A stretch of DNA of 64,000 bases, taken from the NCBI GenBank assembly GCA_016194705.1, contig JACQAZ010000015.1, positions 4,771 to 68,770 of the forward strand, in the 5' to 3' direction. Positions 27,843 to 39,316 of the stretch are shown here, in pieces. Numbering within the stretch: position 1 is the stretch's first letter; the number at the start of each line of letters is the position of its first letter. The DNA is from Elusimicrobiota bacterium (lineage in GTDB: Bacteria > Elusimicrobiota > Elusimicrobia > UBA1565 > UBA9628). Under the pieces are notes generated by a model that saw nothing but the letters and a program-made list of their open reading frames with translations, did not search any database and was not told where the DNA came from. The position numbers and the translations under genes are program-made.

Positions 27843-28504
27843 ATGACCGAAGGGAAATGCGCCTCCAAGTGCCGTCTGACCTCCTTCATGACCTCGTCGC
27901 TCGGCAAGAAATTCACGGTCGGAGCGGCCGGCTTCCTTCTCGGAGGCTTCCTAGTCGTGCACCTGGCCGGAAACCTCTTCCTCTTCGTCGGCGAGGGCGC
28001 CTTCAACCATTACGCGGAGACCCTCTCGAACAATCCGCTTCTGCCCGCCGCCGAGATCGCCTTGGCCGCGCTCTTCCTGGCGCACATCGTCTTCGCGCTG
28101 AAGGTCCGCTTCGAGAACGCCAAGGCCCGCCCCGTCGCTTACGAGGTCTACGAGGCGAAGGGCGGCCGAACGATCGGCTCCAAGAGCATGGCCGTCTCGG
28201 GAGTCCTCGTGCTTGCGTTCCTGATCATCCATCTCAAGACCTTCCGTTTCGGCGACGACAAGGACGGACTCTACAAGCTCGTAATGGAATGGTTCAAGAA
28301 TCCCTTCTATTCGGGGTTCTACGTCCTGGCCCTGGCCGGCCTCGGCCTCCATCTCTCCCACGGCTTTCAGAGCGGCTTCCAGACCTTCGGGCTCAACCAC
28401 CCGAGGTACACGCCGCTGATCAAGAAGGCCGGCCTGGTCTTCGCGGCCCTGATCTTCCTCGGCTTCGCGAGCATGCCGATCTACTTCGGCTTCCTGAGGG
28501 CTCC

Positions 28505-28508
<4 letters not shown>
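27843..28508 (+). CDS. sdhC: Succinate dehydrogenase/fumarate reductase cytochrome b subunit
   Basis: 221 aa with 5 TM helices and conserved His residues (b558 type, as in Bacillus SdhC). 4-nt overlap with sdhA. Confidence 0.8.
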
Positions 28509-30414
<1,906 letters not shown>

Positions 30415-30418
<4 letters not shown>

Positions 30419-31164
30419 ACCTGACTCTGAAGGTCTGGCGGCAGAAAGGCCCCAACGACGCGGGCAAGCTCGTCGAGTACTCCGCCCAGGGCGTCTCTCC
30501 GGACATGTCCTTTCTCGAGATGCTCGACGTGGTCAACGAGGGGCTCATCAAGAAAGGCGAGGATGCGATCGCCTTCGACTCCGACTGCCGCGAGGGCATC
30601 TGCGGCATGTGCTCCTTGGTCATCAACGGACAGCCCCACGGCCCGGAACTCGGCACCGCGACCTGCCAGCTCCACATGCGCACCTTTTCGGACGGCGACA
30701 CGATCGTCGTCGAGCCCTTCCGCGCGCGCGCCTTCCCCCCCGTCAAGGACTTGGCCGTCGACCGCTCGGCCTTCGACCGCATCATGCAGGCCGGAGGCTA
30801 CGTCTCGGTCAATACGGGCAACGCGCCGGAGGCCAACGCGAACCTCATCTCGCACCACGTCGCCGAGAAGGCGATGGACGCCGCGGCCTGCATCGGCTGC
30901 GGGGCCTGCGTCGCGGCCTGCCCCAACGCGTCTGCGATGCTCTTCGTCGCGGCCAAGGTCTCGCAGTATGCGCTGCTGCCGCAGGGCCAGCCCGAGCGCA
31001 CGCGCCGCGCTCTCAAGATGCGCGAAGCGATGGACGACGAGGGCTTCGGGAACTGCTCGAATGAGTACGCCTGCGAGGCCGCCTGCCCCAAGGAAATCAA
31101 GGTCTCGAACATCGCGCGCTTCAACCGGGAGCACCTCAAAGCCAGCGTCTGCTCCGAAGAATGA
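30415..31164 (+). CDS. sdhB: Succinate dehydrogenase iron-sulfur subunit
   Basis: 2Fe-2S motif [10 protein letters not shown], and 4Fe-4S/3Fe-4S motifs [12 protein letters not shown] and CEAACP. Confidence 0.9.
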
Positions 31165-32468
31165 CTCGGTTCCTCGCGGGCTTGCTCGCCGTCGCCTTCG
31201 CGGGCTTGATCGGCTGCGCGACGCCCCTTCAGCGCGCGGCCCAAAGGGGCGACCAGAACCGGGTCAGAGCTCTGCTCGCCGCGGGAGCCCGCAGCGACGG
31301 CGTCGCCACGAGCTCGGATTTGACCCCGCTCATGCTCGCGGCCATGCGCGGCCATATCGAGCCCATTCGCCTGCTGCTCGACAATGAAGCCAATGTCAAC
31401 GCGCAAAGCCCCGCCGGGCATACGGCGCTCTACTTTGCCGCGGTGACGGGCAGGACCGAGGTCGTCAAACTGCTGCTCGAGCGCGGCGCCGACGCGCGGG
31501 CCGTCGACCGCCGCGGCAAAGACGCCGAAGCCGCGGCGCTGAGCCGGCGTCATACCGACACGGCCGAGGTCCTCCGCAAATGGAAGGCCGAGCGCGGCGG
31601 TTCGATGAGCCCTCCCCCGGCGCGAGACTTGGCGACGGGAAGACGGACTTTCGCGGAGTCCGCGTCCTCCACGCAACGGCTCGAATCGGACATCGATTCT
31701 CCACGGCACGTCTCGCCCGAAAACCCGGACGACTTCGCCGTTGTCGTCGGCGTCGAGTCTTACGCTCATGAGCTGCCCAAGGCCGATTTCGCGGAGCGCG
31801 ACGCCGAGGCGGTCCGCCGCAACCTGATCTCCCTTGGGTATCCGTCGCGCCACGTCAAGGTGCTTACAAACGCGCTGGCCTCAAAAAGCGCGCTCCAGGC
31901 CGTCCTTGAGGATTGGCTCAAGCGCAACGTCAAGGAGGACAGCCGGGTCTTCTTTTATTTCTCCGGCCATGGCGCTCCGGACCCGACCAGCGGCAAGGCT
32001 TATCTGGTCCCGTTCGACGGCGATCCCGAATACCTCACCCGCACGGCTCTGCCTCTGGCCGAGCTTTACGCGGACCTGGACAAGCTTCCCGCCAAGCAGG
32101 TCGTCGTCGCCCTGGACTCGTGCTTCTCGGGAGCGGGCGGGCGCTCCGTTCTCGCGCACGGGGCTCGTCCTCTCGTCAACAAGATCGATGCGGCTCCGGC
32201 GGAAGCCCGAAATACCGTCGTGTTCTCGGCGGCCTCCGGCGACGAGATCACCGGCACGCTGGACGACCAGGGCCACGGCCTTTTCACCTACTATTTCCTC
32301 AAGGGCCTCGCGGGAGCGGCCGCCGACAAATCCGGACAAGTCACGGCCTCCGGGCTCAACGACTACCTCAAGCCGAAAGTGCGCGACGAAGCCAGCCTGC
32401 ACAACCGCGACCAGACGCCCCAGCTCTTCGGCGCGGCCGAAGGCCAAGTCCTTTCTACGGCCAAATGA
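31161..32468 (+). CDS. Lipoprotein with N-terminal ankyrin repeats and C-terminal caspase-like (peptidase C14) domain
   Basis: Lipobox LIGC. Ankyrin-repeat segments ([39 protein letters not shown]). Caspase His/Cys dyad contexts [10 protein letters not shown] and [13 protein letters not shown]. 4-nt overlap with sdhB. Confidence 0.75.
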   Translation: MTRFLAGLLAVAFAGLIGCATPLQRAAQRGDQNRVRALLAAGARSDGVATSSDLTPLMLAAMRGHIEPIRLLLDNEANVNAQSPAGHTALYFAAVTGRTEVVKLLLERGADARAVDRRGKDAEAAALSRRHTDTAEVLRKWKAERGGSMSPPPARDLATGRRTFAESASSTQRLESDIDSPRHVSPENPDDFAVVVGVESYAHELPKADFAERDAEAVRRNLISLGYPSRHVKVLTNALASKSALQAVLEDWLKRNVKEDSRVFFYFSGHGAPDPTSGKAYLVPFDGDPEYLTRTALPLAELYADLDKLPAKQVVVALDSCFSGAGGRSVLAHGARPLVNKIDAAPAEARNTVVFSAASGDEITGTLDDQGHGLFTYYFLKGLAGAAADKSGQVTASGLNDYLKPKVRDEASLHNRDQTPQLFGAAEGQVLSTAK

Positions 32469-32833
32469 ACCTCAACGAGCGCTTCGACGTCAGTCCCGGC
32501 AAGGTCGAAGCGCTTCTGGAACGGATCAAAAGGCTCAAGATCGACCCTGCCGTCATCGAAGAAGGCTTCACGCGCGGCTCAGGGCACGGCGGCCAGAAGA
32601 TCAACAAGACCTCCAACTGCGTCCAGCTCCATTACCCTCCGCTCGACATCTCGGTGCGCTGCCAGCGCGAGCGCAAACGCACGATCAACCGCTTCTTGGC
32701 CCTGCGCGAGCTCGTCGACAGGATCGAGATGGCGGTCTCGCCGGACACCTCCCAGCGTCTCAAGGAGATCGAGCGGCTGCGCAAGAGAAAGTCCCGCCGG
32801 CATGAGCGTTCCGTGGTAAAATACGCCCAGTGA
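32465..32833 (+). CDS. arfB: ArfB-like GGQ peptidyl-tRNA hydrolase (RF-1 domain protein)
   Basis: 122 aa. GSGHGGQKINKTSNCVQL (GGQ motif) and a basic C-terminal tail RLRKRKSRRHERSVVKYAQ. ATGA overlap with the upstream gene. Confidence 0.75.
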   Translation: MNLNERFDVSPGKVEALLERIKRLKIDPAVIEEGFTRGSGHGGQKINKTSNCVQLHYPPLDISVRCQRERKRTINRFLALRELVDRIEMAVSPDTSQRLKEIERLRKRKSRRHERSVVKYAQ

Positions 32834-33231
32834 AATATTTTTCCGTCGCGGAAGCCGAAGCCTTGATCCCCGAGCTCGAGAAGGTCTTCGACGCCATCAT
32901 GGAGCTCGCGGCCAAGGCCGAGGCGCGGGCCGAGGATATCCGGCGCCTCTCTCAGGACGAGCAGCGCAACATCTCCGAACTCGCCATCGAAAAATCCCAG
33001 CTCCAGTTCCTCGCCAACGGCATGAACGAGCGGTTCCAGAAGATCGCGGACCTGGGCGCCTTCCCCAAGGGTCTCGACCCCGCTTTGGTGGACTTCCCCC
33101 ACCGCTTGGAGGGCAAGGACGTGGTGCTCTGCTGGAAGCTCGGGGAGAGGAAGATCACGCACTACCACGGCGCCGACGAGGGCTTCTCCGGCCGCAAGGC
33201 CCTGCCGCGCAGCCAGCGCTCGGCCTCCTGA
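32830..33231 (+). CDS. DUF2203-like small protein
   Basis: 133 aa. N-terminal MKYFSVAEAEALIPELE resembles DUF2203 proteins. GTGA overlap with arfB. Confidence 0.5.
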   Translation: MKYFSVAEAEALIPELEKVFDAIMELAAKAEARAEDIRRLSQDEQRNISELAIEKSQLQFLANGMNERFQKIADLGAFPKGLDPALVDFPHRLEGKDVVLCWKLGERKITHYHGADEGFSGRKALPRSQRSAS

Positions 33232-33241
33232 GAGCGGAGCT

Positions 33242-33315
33242 TCGGGGCGCCCGGGCTTGAACCGGGAACCTCCTGGTCCCAAACCAGGCGCTCTAGCCAA
33301 TTGAGCTACGCCCCG
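33242..33315 (-). tRNA. tRNA-Pro (anticodon TGG)
   Basis: Reverse complement folds as a cloverleaf: acceptor CGGGGCG/CGCCCCG, D-arm GCTCAATTGGCTAGAGC, anticodon arm CCTGG-TTTGGGA-CCAGG (anticodon TGG), T-arm CCCGG-TTCAAGC-CCGGG. CCA is not encoded. Confidence 0.85.
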
Positions 33316-33371
33316 ACCGAGGCTCCGTCGAGGATTATACCATTCGCGGGCGGAAATGATATCGTGAGCGC

Positions 33372-34046
33372 ATGTGCGGACGCTATACGCAGGCCCAGAG
33401 CGTTCAAGAGCTCGCCAAGCGCTTCGGGCTGAAGCTTCCCTCTCTCGCGCTTGCGCCGCGCTACAACATAGCGCCGAACCAGGAGGCCCCGGTCGTGCTC
33501 CGGGCCGGAGCGGGCAAGGAGCTCGCCCTGCTGCGGTGGGGCCTTGTGCCCTCTTGGGCCGCGGACGCATCCATCGGAGCCAAGCTCATCAACGCTCGCG
33601 CCGAGTCCGTCATGGAGAAACCCAGCTTCAAGGGTTCCTTCAAGAGCCGCCGCTGCCTGGTGCCGGCGGACGGCTTTTACGAGTGGGCCAAGGACAAGAC
33701 TCCCTACCGGTTCTGTCTCGACTCGCAGGAGCTTTTCTCCTTCGCCGGACTCTGGGACTCCTGGGAGGCTCCCGACGGCAAGCAGCGGCGGACCTTCACG
33801 ATCATCACGACCGACGCCAGCGCCGTCGTCAAGCCCGTGCACGGGCGCATGCCCGTCATCCTCCCGACGGAAAAGGAGGATTGCTGGCTCGAGCCGAAGA
33901 CCGAGGCCGAGGTCCTCAAGGACCTTCTCGTCCCTTTCACCGCGCTCAAAGCCTTCCCCGTCTCGACGCTCGTCAATTCCGCCGCCGCGGAGGGACCCGA
34001 CTGCGCCAAGCCGGTCCCCCTTGCGCAGCCGGACTTTTGGGGATAA
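33372..34046 (+). CDS. yedK: SOS-response-associated peptidase (SRAP/YedK, DUF159)
   Basis: N-terminal MCGRY (catalytic Cys2) and conserved LVPADGFYEW. Confidence 0.85.
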   Translation: MCGRYTQAQSVQELAKRFGLKLPSLALAPRYNIAPNQEAPVVLRAGAGKELALLRWGLVPSWAADASIGAKLINARAESVMEKPSFKGSFKSRRCLVPADGFYEWAKDKTPYRFCLDSQELFSFAGLWDSWEAPDGKQRRTFTIITTDASAVVKPVHGRMPVILPTEKEDCWLEPKTEAEVLKDLLVPFTALKAFPVSTLVNSAAAEGPDCAKPVPLAQPDFWG

Positions 34047-34056
34047 CCTCTCCGCG

Positions 34057-34566
34057 ATGAGCCTAGGCCGAGCCCTCCCCGTCCTCTTGCTTCTTTCGGC
34101 CTGCGCCGAGCGCAAGGAAGACCCGATCGATTACAAGCATCCGGCGCCGCTGGCGGTCGGCCTCAGGGATCCCCAGGAGGAGGTCGACGCCGTCGTCAAA
34201 AAGGTCGAGCGCGGCGAGCTGCCCAAGATCCAGTTCGACTTCGACTCCGACGCCATCCGCATGAACTCATCCCCCACCTTGGACGCCGTCGTCGACATAC
34301 TGCTCGCCAATCCCAAGATCAAGGTCATGGTCCTCGCCCACACCTGCACGATGGGGACCGAGGTCTACAACCTCGACCTCTCGCGCCGGCGCGCCCGCTC
34401 GGTCAAGGAGTACCTCGTCAAACACGGCGTCCCGCCCCCGTCGATTCGGTACCACGGGATGGGCTACTCGGTCCCGATCGCCGACAATTCGACCAAGGAG
34501 GGCCGCGAGAAGAACCGCCGCGTCGAGTTCCGGGTGACCTTCCGCGAGTGGCCGTCGGTCTGGTAA
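34057..34566 (+). CDS. OmpA-family lipoprotein (OmpA_C-like peptidoglycan-binding domain)
   Basis: Lipobox LLLSAC. OmpA_C motifs NLDLSRRRARSVKEYL and NRRVEF. The ORF-track N-terminal extension is off-frame over yedK. Confidence 0.8.
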   Translation: MSLGRALPVLLLLSACAERKEDPIDYKHPAPLAVGLRDPQEEVDAVVKKVERGELPKIQFDFDSDAIRMNSSPTLDAVVDILLANPKIKVMVLAHTCTMGTEVYNLDLSRRRARSVKEYLVKHGVPPPSIRYHGMGYSVPIADNSTKEGREKNRRVEFRVTFREWPSVW

Positions 34567-34573
34567 AAGGAAA

Positions 34574-34600
34574 GGCCCCGGCAGGGGGGCTGCCGGGGCC
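34574..34600. terminator. Bidirectional intrinsic terminator hairpin
   Basis: GGCCCCGGCAG-GGGG-CTGCCGGGGCC perfect 11-bp stem between convergent genes (OmpA-like + and Lon-like -). Confidence 0.6.
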
Positions 34601-34618
34601 TGTGGTTACGGCAATCTT

Positions 34619-37600
34619 TTAGTTCTTCGGCGCCAAAGCCGCGGTCCTGTAGGCCTCGCCTTCCGCCTTCATCTGAGCGCGCCACTGCTGGTCGGCTTGG
34701 TCGAGCTTCTCGAGCTCGCCCAAGAGCTTCTCCGTGTCGCCGGCGTATTTCTTCTCGAGGGCTTCCTTGGCGAGCTCGACGCCGCGCTCATGCCGGGCGT
34801 AGGCCTTGACCCTCCGATTGATCTCGGCGTAGGGAACGTAGCTGAAGATCTCCTGGGCCTGGCGGACGTTGTCGACCGCGAAGATCACGAAGCGCTTCTC
34901 TCGGATCGCCTGGATGATCTCGGGCTTGAGGGTCAGCTGCGAGACGTTCGAACGCGGAATGATGACGAAGGCGCGCTCGCGGATGTTCTCCTTGACCACG
35001 AGCTGCCCGTTGTGGTTGAGCAGGTCGAAAAGGCCCTCGATCTTGTAGTTGACGCCGCCGATGGCCTGGACGTTCTCGCCGAGCTGGTCGTCGGAGCCCG
35101 TCATGGCGCCGTCCTGGCGCAGGGCCAGGCCCGCCATGCTGAGTTCGCCCAGCGAGATCTTGACGCCCGTGGCCGAATCCCCGTCGAGCCCGCCGTAGGT
35201 CTGCTCGAAGGAGTACCGCTTGAGGATGTTCTCCACGAGCTTGCCGTAGGTCTTCTCGAAGTAGCCCTGGACGTTGGCGAAGGCCTTGTCCATGCTGTGG
35301 CCGGTCGATTTCGCCGCCTGATCGTTGGAGACGACGCCGCCGCCTTTCGAGGACTGCGATTCGACGAAGGTCACGCGCGCGGGAGCCCCGAAATCGCCCA
35401 TGACGACGAGGCCGTTGACCTCGTTGTACTTCATCCCCTTCGTGTTGATCACGAAGGTCCTCTTCTCGAGAAGCTCCATGTAGCGCTTTTGGCGCTGGCT
35501 CGTGCTGTCCTTGCGGTCGTCGAGCGCGGTCTGGACGTCCTCGCGCCTGACGTCCTTGCGGCCCGCGTTCTTGGCGACGCGGCTGGCCTCGCGCATGAGG
35601 TTGTAGATGCTGCCGAATTGGGCCGTGAACTTCTCGTTGCTCTCGGCCTCCGATGAGGCGTACTCGAGCACGGCGCCCATGGCGTCGCGGTTGAAGTCCA
35701 TCACCAGGCCCGCGCCCTTGACCGCCATCTTCTTCATGAACTGGACGTAGGCGGAGACGGTGTCGGGGTTGATGTCGAGCTCGTGGACGAACTCGGCCGC
35801 GGCGTTGAAGCCGCGCTGGAAGTCCTCTTCGTAGTGCAAGAGGAGCATCTTGATGTAGGGCGAGCCGATCAGCACGATCTTGGGCCGGTGAGCGACATGA
35901 TAGTTGCCGGTCATCGCGGCGAAGCCGAACATCCCCTGCACCTCGGGAATCTCGGCCTGGCCGGTGCGCACGAGCTCCATGACGGCGTGCCAGGCTCCGG
36001 GCTGGCGCAGGAGATCCATGACGTTCATCACGATCACGTCGGCCTCGAGGATCGAGCCGGTCTTGATCGTGGGACCCCCGGGACTCAGGGTCTTGAGCGC
36101 CACGCCGTTGATGATGCGCGTGTCGCGATTGGGCTCGACGAGACCGAAGAGCTTCTCCAAGGTCGGCTTGTCCTCGAAGACGACGCGCCAGCCCTTCGCG
36201 CCGTTGCTGGCGCGCAGGAGGTTGATGCGGTAGTGATCCAGCGGATCCTGCCTGCCGATCGTGCCCTCGTCGCGGGCTCCGGGCAGGAAAGACTCGAAGT
36301 CGGCGACCGCGTGCTTGAGCAGAGCCTGGGCGTAGCCCATGGCCTTCTTCTCTTCGTCGGTCGGGGCCGGGTCGTTGGCGTGCAGGGCCTTGTGCTCCTT
36401 GTCGAGCTCTTGAGACAAGACGCCGAATTTCTTGATCAACGGGGTGGCGGCCTTGATGACGTCCTTGATGAGGTCCTGCGAGAGCGCGCCCGACTGCTGC
36501 GCGGCCGCGAGTTCCTCGGGGGTCATGGGGACCATTTTGCCGTCGACTTCGTGCGAGATGCCGATGCTGCCGGTCTGCAGCGATCTCTCGTCGATCAGGA
36601 TGCCGTAGCCCCGGACCTTGACCGCCGCGATCTCGGCGAGGACGGCCTGTTGGCGCTGAGCCGCGCTCTTCTCCCAGGCCCTGTGCTCCAGGGTGTCGTG
36701 GCGGTTGGGCATCACGGAGGCGGCGACCTTGCGGCCGATTTGGGAGACCAGCATGCCTGCGATCTCCTGGTACATCTTCTGGTAGGCCACCATCTTCTCG
36801 GCGCGGTTCTCCGAGACCATCGCGCGGAAATCGTCCATGTAGGGCTCGGCCGCGGCCTTCGCCGCGCCCAGCGCCGCGTTCCACTCCTCCATCGTGAAGA
36901 CGCCCTTCTTGACGAGCTCCGCGAGTTCTTCCTCGGAGGCGGCCGTCTTCATAACGAGCTCTTTGCGGATCGCGCCGAATTTCTGGGCCAAGGGGGTGGC
37001 GGCCTTGACGAGCTCGGTGAGGACCTCCTCGGTCAGCTCGCCGGCCGCCTGCTTCTCGGCCATGACCTCCGGGGTCATCGGCACCGCCTTCCCGTCGACC
37101 TCGTGGGTCAGGGCGACGTTGCCCGCCTCATCGATCGAGATGCCGAAGCCTTTGACTTTGACGGCGGCGATCTCGGCGCGGACGGCGTCCAGCCGCGCTT
37201 TGAGCTCGGGGGACGCCTCCGAATAGGTCAAGGCCACTCCGAAATTGAAGTGCTCTCCGTCGCCGGCGTCCTCGGGACGAATCTTGATCCCGAACTTGCC
37301 GACGCGCTGCTGCGAGACCTCCGCCTCGAACTTGGCCTGGCGTTCCGCCGCCGATTTGGCGAGCTCCGCGTTGACGCCGCGCTTGAGCTCCTTGGCTTGG
37401 TCCGAATTGAGGGCCTGGGGGAACGCGGCCTGGTAGGTGCGCACGAATTCCTTGACCGCGCCGGCAAGCCTCGCCGCCGAGCCCGGGTTGAGCTTGAGGA
37501 AGATCGTCTTCTCCGGATCGTTGAAGTTGGTCGCCGCGACGAGGTCGGGCGACGACGGCATCTTCGGGGCGATTTCCGCGAGGATGGCCCTCAGCGCGGT

Positions 37601-38458
37601 CTCGCGCCCGGAGCCGTCCGCTCCCGAAATGTAAAGGTTGTAGTAGGGTCCCGCCATCTCGAGGCCCGCGCGGATCGACTTGAGGGCCTTGTCCTGGCCC
37701 ACGATGTCGACTCCTGAGAGTTCGACCTTGCGCGTGCTGTCGGGCAGCTGGTTGAGGTCGGGGGTGTAGCGGGCCTTGTCCACCGGCACGGCCAAGGACT
37801 CGACGTCCATCAGGGTTGTCTTGGACGCGGGCGGCGAGGCCTTGCCGTTGAGCCGCTTGCGCAGGAAATTGGGGATCAACTTGGAGCCCGAGAGCCGTTC
37901 CCAGACCGTCGCCGCCGCCGCCGGACCGGCGGCGTCGCCGCCGTCGTAGGTCTTTTCGAGAGCCGGTCCCATGCCGTTTCCGGCGGGTCCAGCGGCGACC
38001 GCGGCCGCCATGTTGAGGATGTTTTGCTTGGCCGTACCTTCCGGCAGCACCTCAGCCGCCGCGATCCACTGGGCGGCGTCCTGCTGTCCCGAGAGGGTCG
38101 TGGGCATGGTGATGCCCTTGGCCTGCATTTGGTTGAGGATCTCGATGACGGGGCGGGAGACCAGAGCCTGGCGTCCGGGTGCGTCGGCGCCCTGCGCGGG
38201 AACGGCCTGCGCGGCGGGATCGATCTGGACCAGCGTTCCGGCGTTGTTGAAGGCCGACGGGGCCGGCTCCATCGGGATGGTGATCGTGCCGAGATGCATG
38301 ACTCCCGGTTGGGCGATGTTGAAGACCGGCTGGGCTATCTTGATCCCCGCGGAGGTCTCGTTGAGGTTCGCCGCTAGCGCGGGACTCGGAAGGAAAATCG
38401 AAAGGGAGACGGCGGCGGCGAGAAATCGAGTTGCGGCGGCGCGCATGGAGGGGGTCAT
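34619..38458 (-). CDS. Secreted Lon-like S16-family peptidase (LonC-like, degenerate Walker A) with an internal tandem-duplicated ~85-aa module
   Basis: Start at MTPSM, preceded by AAGGAG with an 8-nt spacer. Signal peptide AATRFLAAAVSLSIFLPSPALA. Degenerate P-loop YISGADGSGRET. Lon protease-domain entry NEVNGLVVMGDFGAPARVTFVE, catalytic-Ser context DGDSATG and Lys context YKIEG. Duplicated segment AEIAAVKV(K/R)G(F/Y)GI…HEVDGK.VPMTPE…KAATPL..KFG. Confidence 0.75.
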   Translation of the reverse strand: MTPSMRAAATRFLAAAVSLSIFLPSPALAANLNETSAGIKIAQPVFNIAQPGVMHLGTITIPMEPAPSAFNNAGTLVQIDPAAQAVPAQGADAPGRQALVSRPVIEILNQMQAKGITMPTTLSGQQDAAQWIAAAEVLPEGTAKQNILNMAAAVAAGPAGNGMGPALEKTYDGGDAAGPAAAATVWERLSGSKLIPNFLRKRLNGKASPPASKTTLMDVESLAVPVDKARYTPDLNQLPDSTRKVELSGVDIVGQDKALKSIRAGLEMAGPYYNLYISGADGSGRETALRAILAEIAPKMPSSPDLVAATNFNDPEKTIFLKLNPGSAARLAGAVKEFVRTYQAAFPQALNSDQAKELKRGVNAELAKSAAERQAKFEAEVSQQRVGKFGIKIRPEDAGDGEHFNFGVALTYSEASPELKARLDAVRAEIAAVKVKGFGISIDEAGNVALTHEVDGKAVPMTPEVMAEKQAAGELTEEVLTELVKAATPLAQKFGAIRKELVMKTAASEEELAELVKKGVFTMEEWNAALGAAKAAAEPYMDDFRAMVSENRAEKMVAYQKMYQEIAGMLVSQIGRKVAASVMPNRHDTLEHRAWEKSAAQRQQAVLAEIAAVKVRGYGILIDERSLQTGSIGISHEVDGKMVPMTPEELAAAQQSGALSQDLIKDVIKAATPLIKKFGVLSQELDKEHKALHANDPAPTDEEKKAMGYAQALLKHAVADFESFLPGARDEGTIGRQDPLDHYRINLLRASNGAKGWRVVFEDKPTLEKLFGLVEPNRDTRIINGVALKTLSPGGPTIKTGSILEADVIVMNVMDLLRQPGAWHAVMELVRTGQAEIPEVQGMFGFAAMTGNYHVAHRPKIVLIGSPYIKMLLLHYEEDFQRGFNAAAEFVHELDINPDTVSAYVQFMKKMAVKGAGLVMDFNRDAMGAVLEYASSEAESNEKFTAQFGSIYNLMREASRVAKNAGRKDVRREDVQTALDDRKDSTSQRQKRYMELLEKRTFVINTKGMKYNEVNGLVVMGDFGAPARVTFVESQSSKGGGVVSNDQAAKSTGHSMDKAFANVQGYFEKTYGKLVENILKRYSFEQTYGGLDGDSATGVKISLGELSMAGLALRQDGAMTGSDDQLGENVQAIGGVNYKIEGLFDLLNHNGQLVVKENIRERAFVIIPRSNVSQLTLKPEIIQAIREKRFVIFAVDNVRQAQEIFSYVPYAEINRRVKAYARHERGVELAKEALEKKYAGDTEKLLGELEKLDQADQQWRAQMKAEGEAYRTAALAPKN
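36421..37200. repeat. Intragenic tandem duplication (two ~230-bp copies at 36421-36650 and 36973-37192)
   Basis: Copy alignment: cgccgaatttct.gg…ggtggcggccttga.gagct… / …ccgtcgac.tcgtg…atgccg.agcc…ttgac.gc.gcgatctcggcg.ggacggc. Encodes the repeated protein module of the Lon-like gene. Confidence 0.6.
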
Positions 38459-38619
38459 GCTCTGTCTCCTTAGATATCGATCGATGTCGTACAAGCTGAG
38501 GGTCCCATTATAAAGGAATGGGGCCTAGCACAAGAGGGCCATATGGGACCGCGATAGGAAGTAAAACGCCCTAGGTCCGGTTAGGACCTAGGGCCTATGA
38601 AAGGGCTGGGAAGTCCGGT

Positions 38620-39192
38620 TTAGTTGCTGCGGAAGACCACGGCAAGAGCGGTCGGATCCTCGTTGTTTGCGGCGTAAGCGTTGAGCTCGGAGGACTCGAT
38701 CTGGCCGCCGGGGATGAAGTAGAGCCCCCGCTGCGCGCCGACCTTGACCTCGCCGTCCTGGATCATCGCCTGGAACACGAGGCTGGGAAGCCCCACGTCC
38801 TGCGGGTCCAGGCCGACGGCCTTGGCGAAATCCTTCTCGGGGATGCGGCACTCGGCGACGACCGAGATGCCCTTGTTGTAGAGGAAGTTGACGTTGGCCA
38901 TCAGGGGCTGGCTGCCCTTGGCCTTGCAGGTGTAGCTCCAAGTCTTGCCGTCGCGCTTGACGATGTGCACGGTGAGCTTGGATTCCCGGGAGAGGGTCCG
39001 CCCGCCCTGGTCGAGGCCGAAATCGAAGTCGACCGAGTAGTTTCGCCAACCGTACTTATCGGCGAACTCGATGCGGTTCTGGGAGCCCAAAGGGGGCATG
39101 AAGTCCCCCGCGTCCTTGAGCTCGTACTTCTCCGCGAAGCTCGAGGCCGGCAGGAGCAAAAGCATGGCAAGCATGGACAGTCTCATGATCAT
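38620..39192 (-). CDS. Secreted hypothetical protein
   Basis: Start at MIMRLSMLAMLLLLPASSFA (signal peptide). 191 aa with no recognised domain. Confidence 0.55.
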   Translation of the reverse strand: MIMRLSMLAMLLLLPASSFAEKYELKDAGDFMPPLGSQNRIEFADKYGWRNYSVDFDFGLDQGGRTLSRESKLTVHIVKRDGKTWSYTCKAKGSQPLMANVNFLYNKGISVVAECRIPEKDFAKAVGLDPQDVGLPSLVFQAMIQDGEVKVGAQRGLYFIPGGQIESSELNAYAANNEDPTALAVVFRSN

Positions 39193-39316
39193 ACCCTCCA
39201 GACTCACATTGTACGCCGAATCCGGCTGCGCCGCAGGGGTCGTTGGGGTCCAGCGAAGCTGGGTCATAAGGCCTATGTCTCTCACACCCCCAGTTTAACC
39301 GGAGCGTGTTACAGGG

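Noticed and set aside
27794-28504. N-terminal 237-aa extension of the sdhA ORF, and the 156-aa extension of the oxidase ORF (42488-42955)
   Set aside because: Extensions run off-frame across sdhC and the kinase gene. True starts (ATG 28505, GTG 42956) give 4-nt coupled overlaps and begin at the conserved FAD-binding N-termini.
31161-32468. Gasdermin-activating caspase module
   Set aside because: No gasdermin-like pore-forming ORF adjacent. The downstream genes are arfB-like and DUF2203. Retained only as a speculative analogy.
33242-34046. Genomic island integrated at tRNA-Pro
   Set aside because: No integrase, no direct repeat of the tRNA 3' end, and flanking genes (DUF2203/arfB on one side, yedK/OmpA-like on the other) have host-like GC content.
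34697-37717. Several 300-700-aa ORFs on both strands within the Lon-like gene
   Set aside because: Off-frame or antisense. Only the 34619..38458 frame contains Lon protease motifs and a signal peptide.
34619-38458. BREX BrxL interpretation of the Lon-like protease
   Set aside because: No pglZ, brxC, pglX or other BREX genes nearby. The protein carries a signal peptide and a degenerate Walker A, unlike BrxL.
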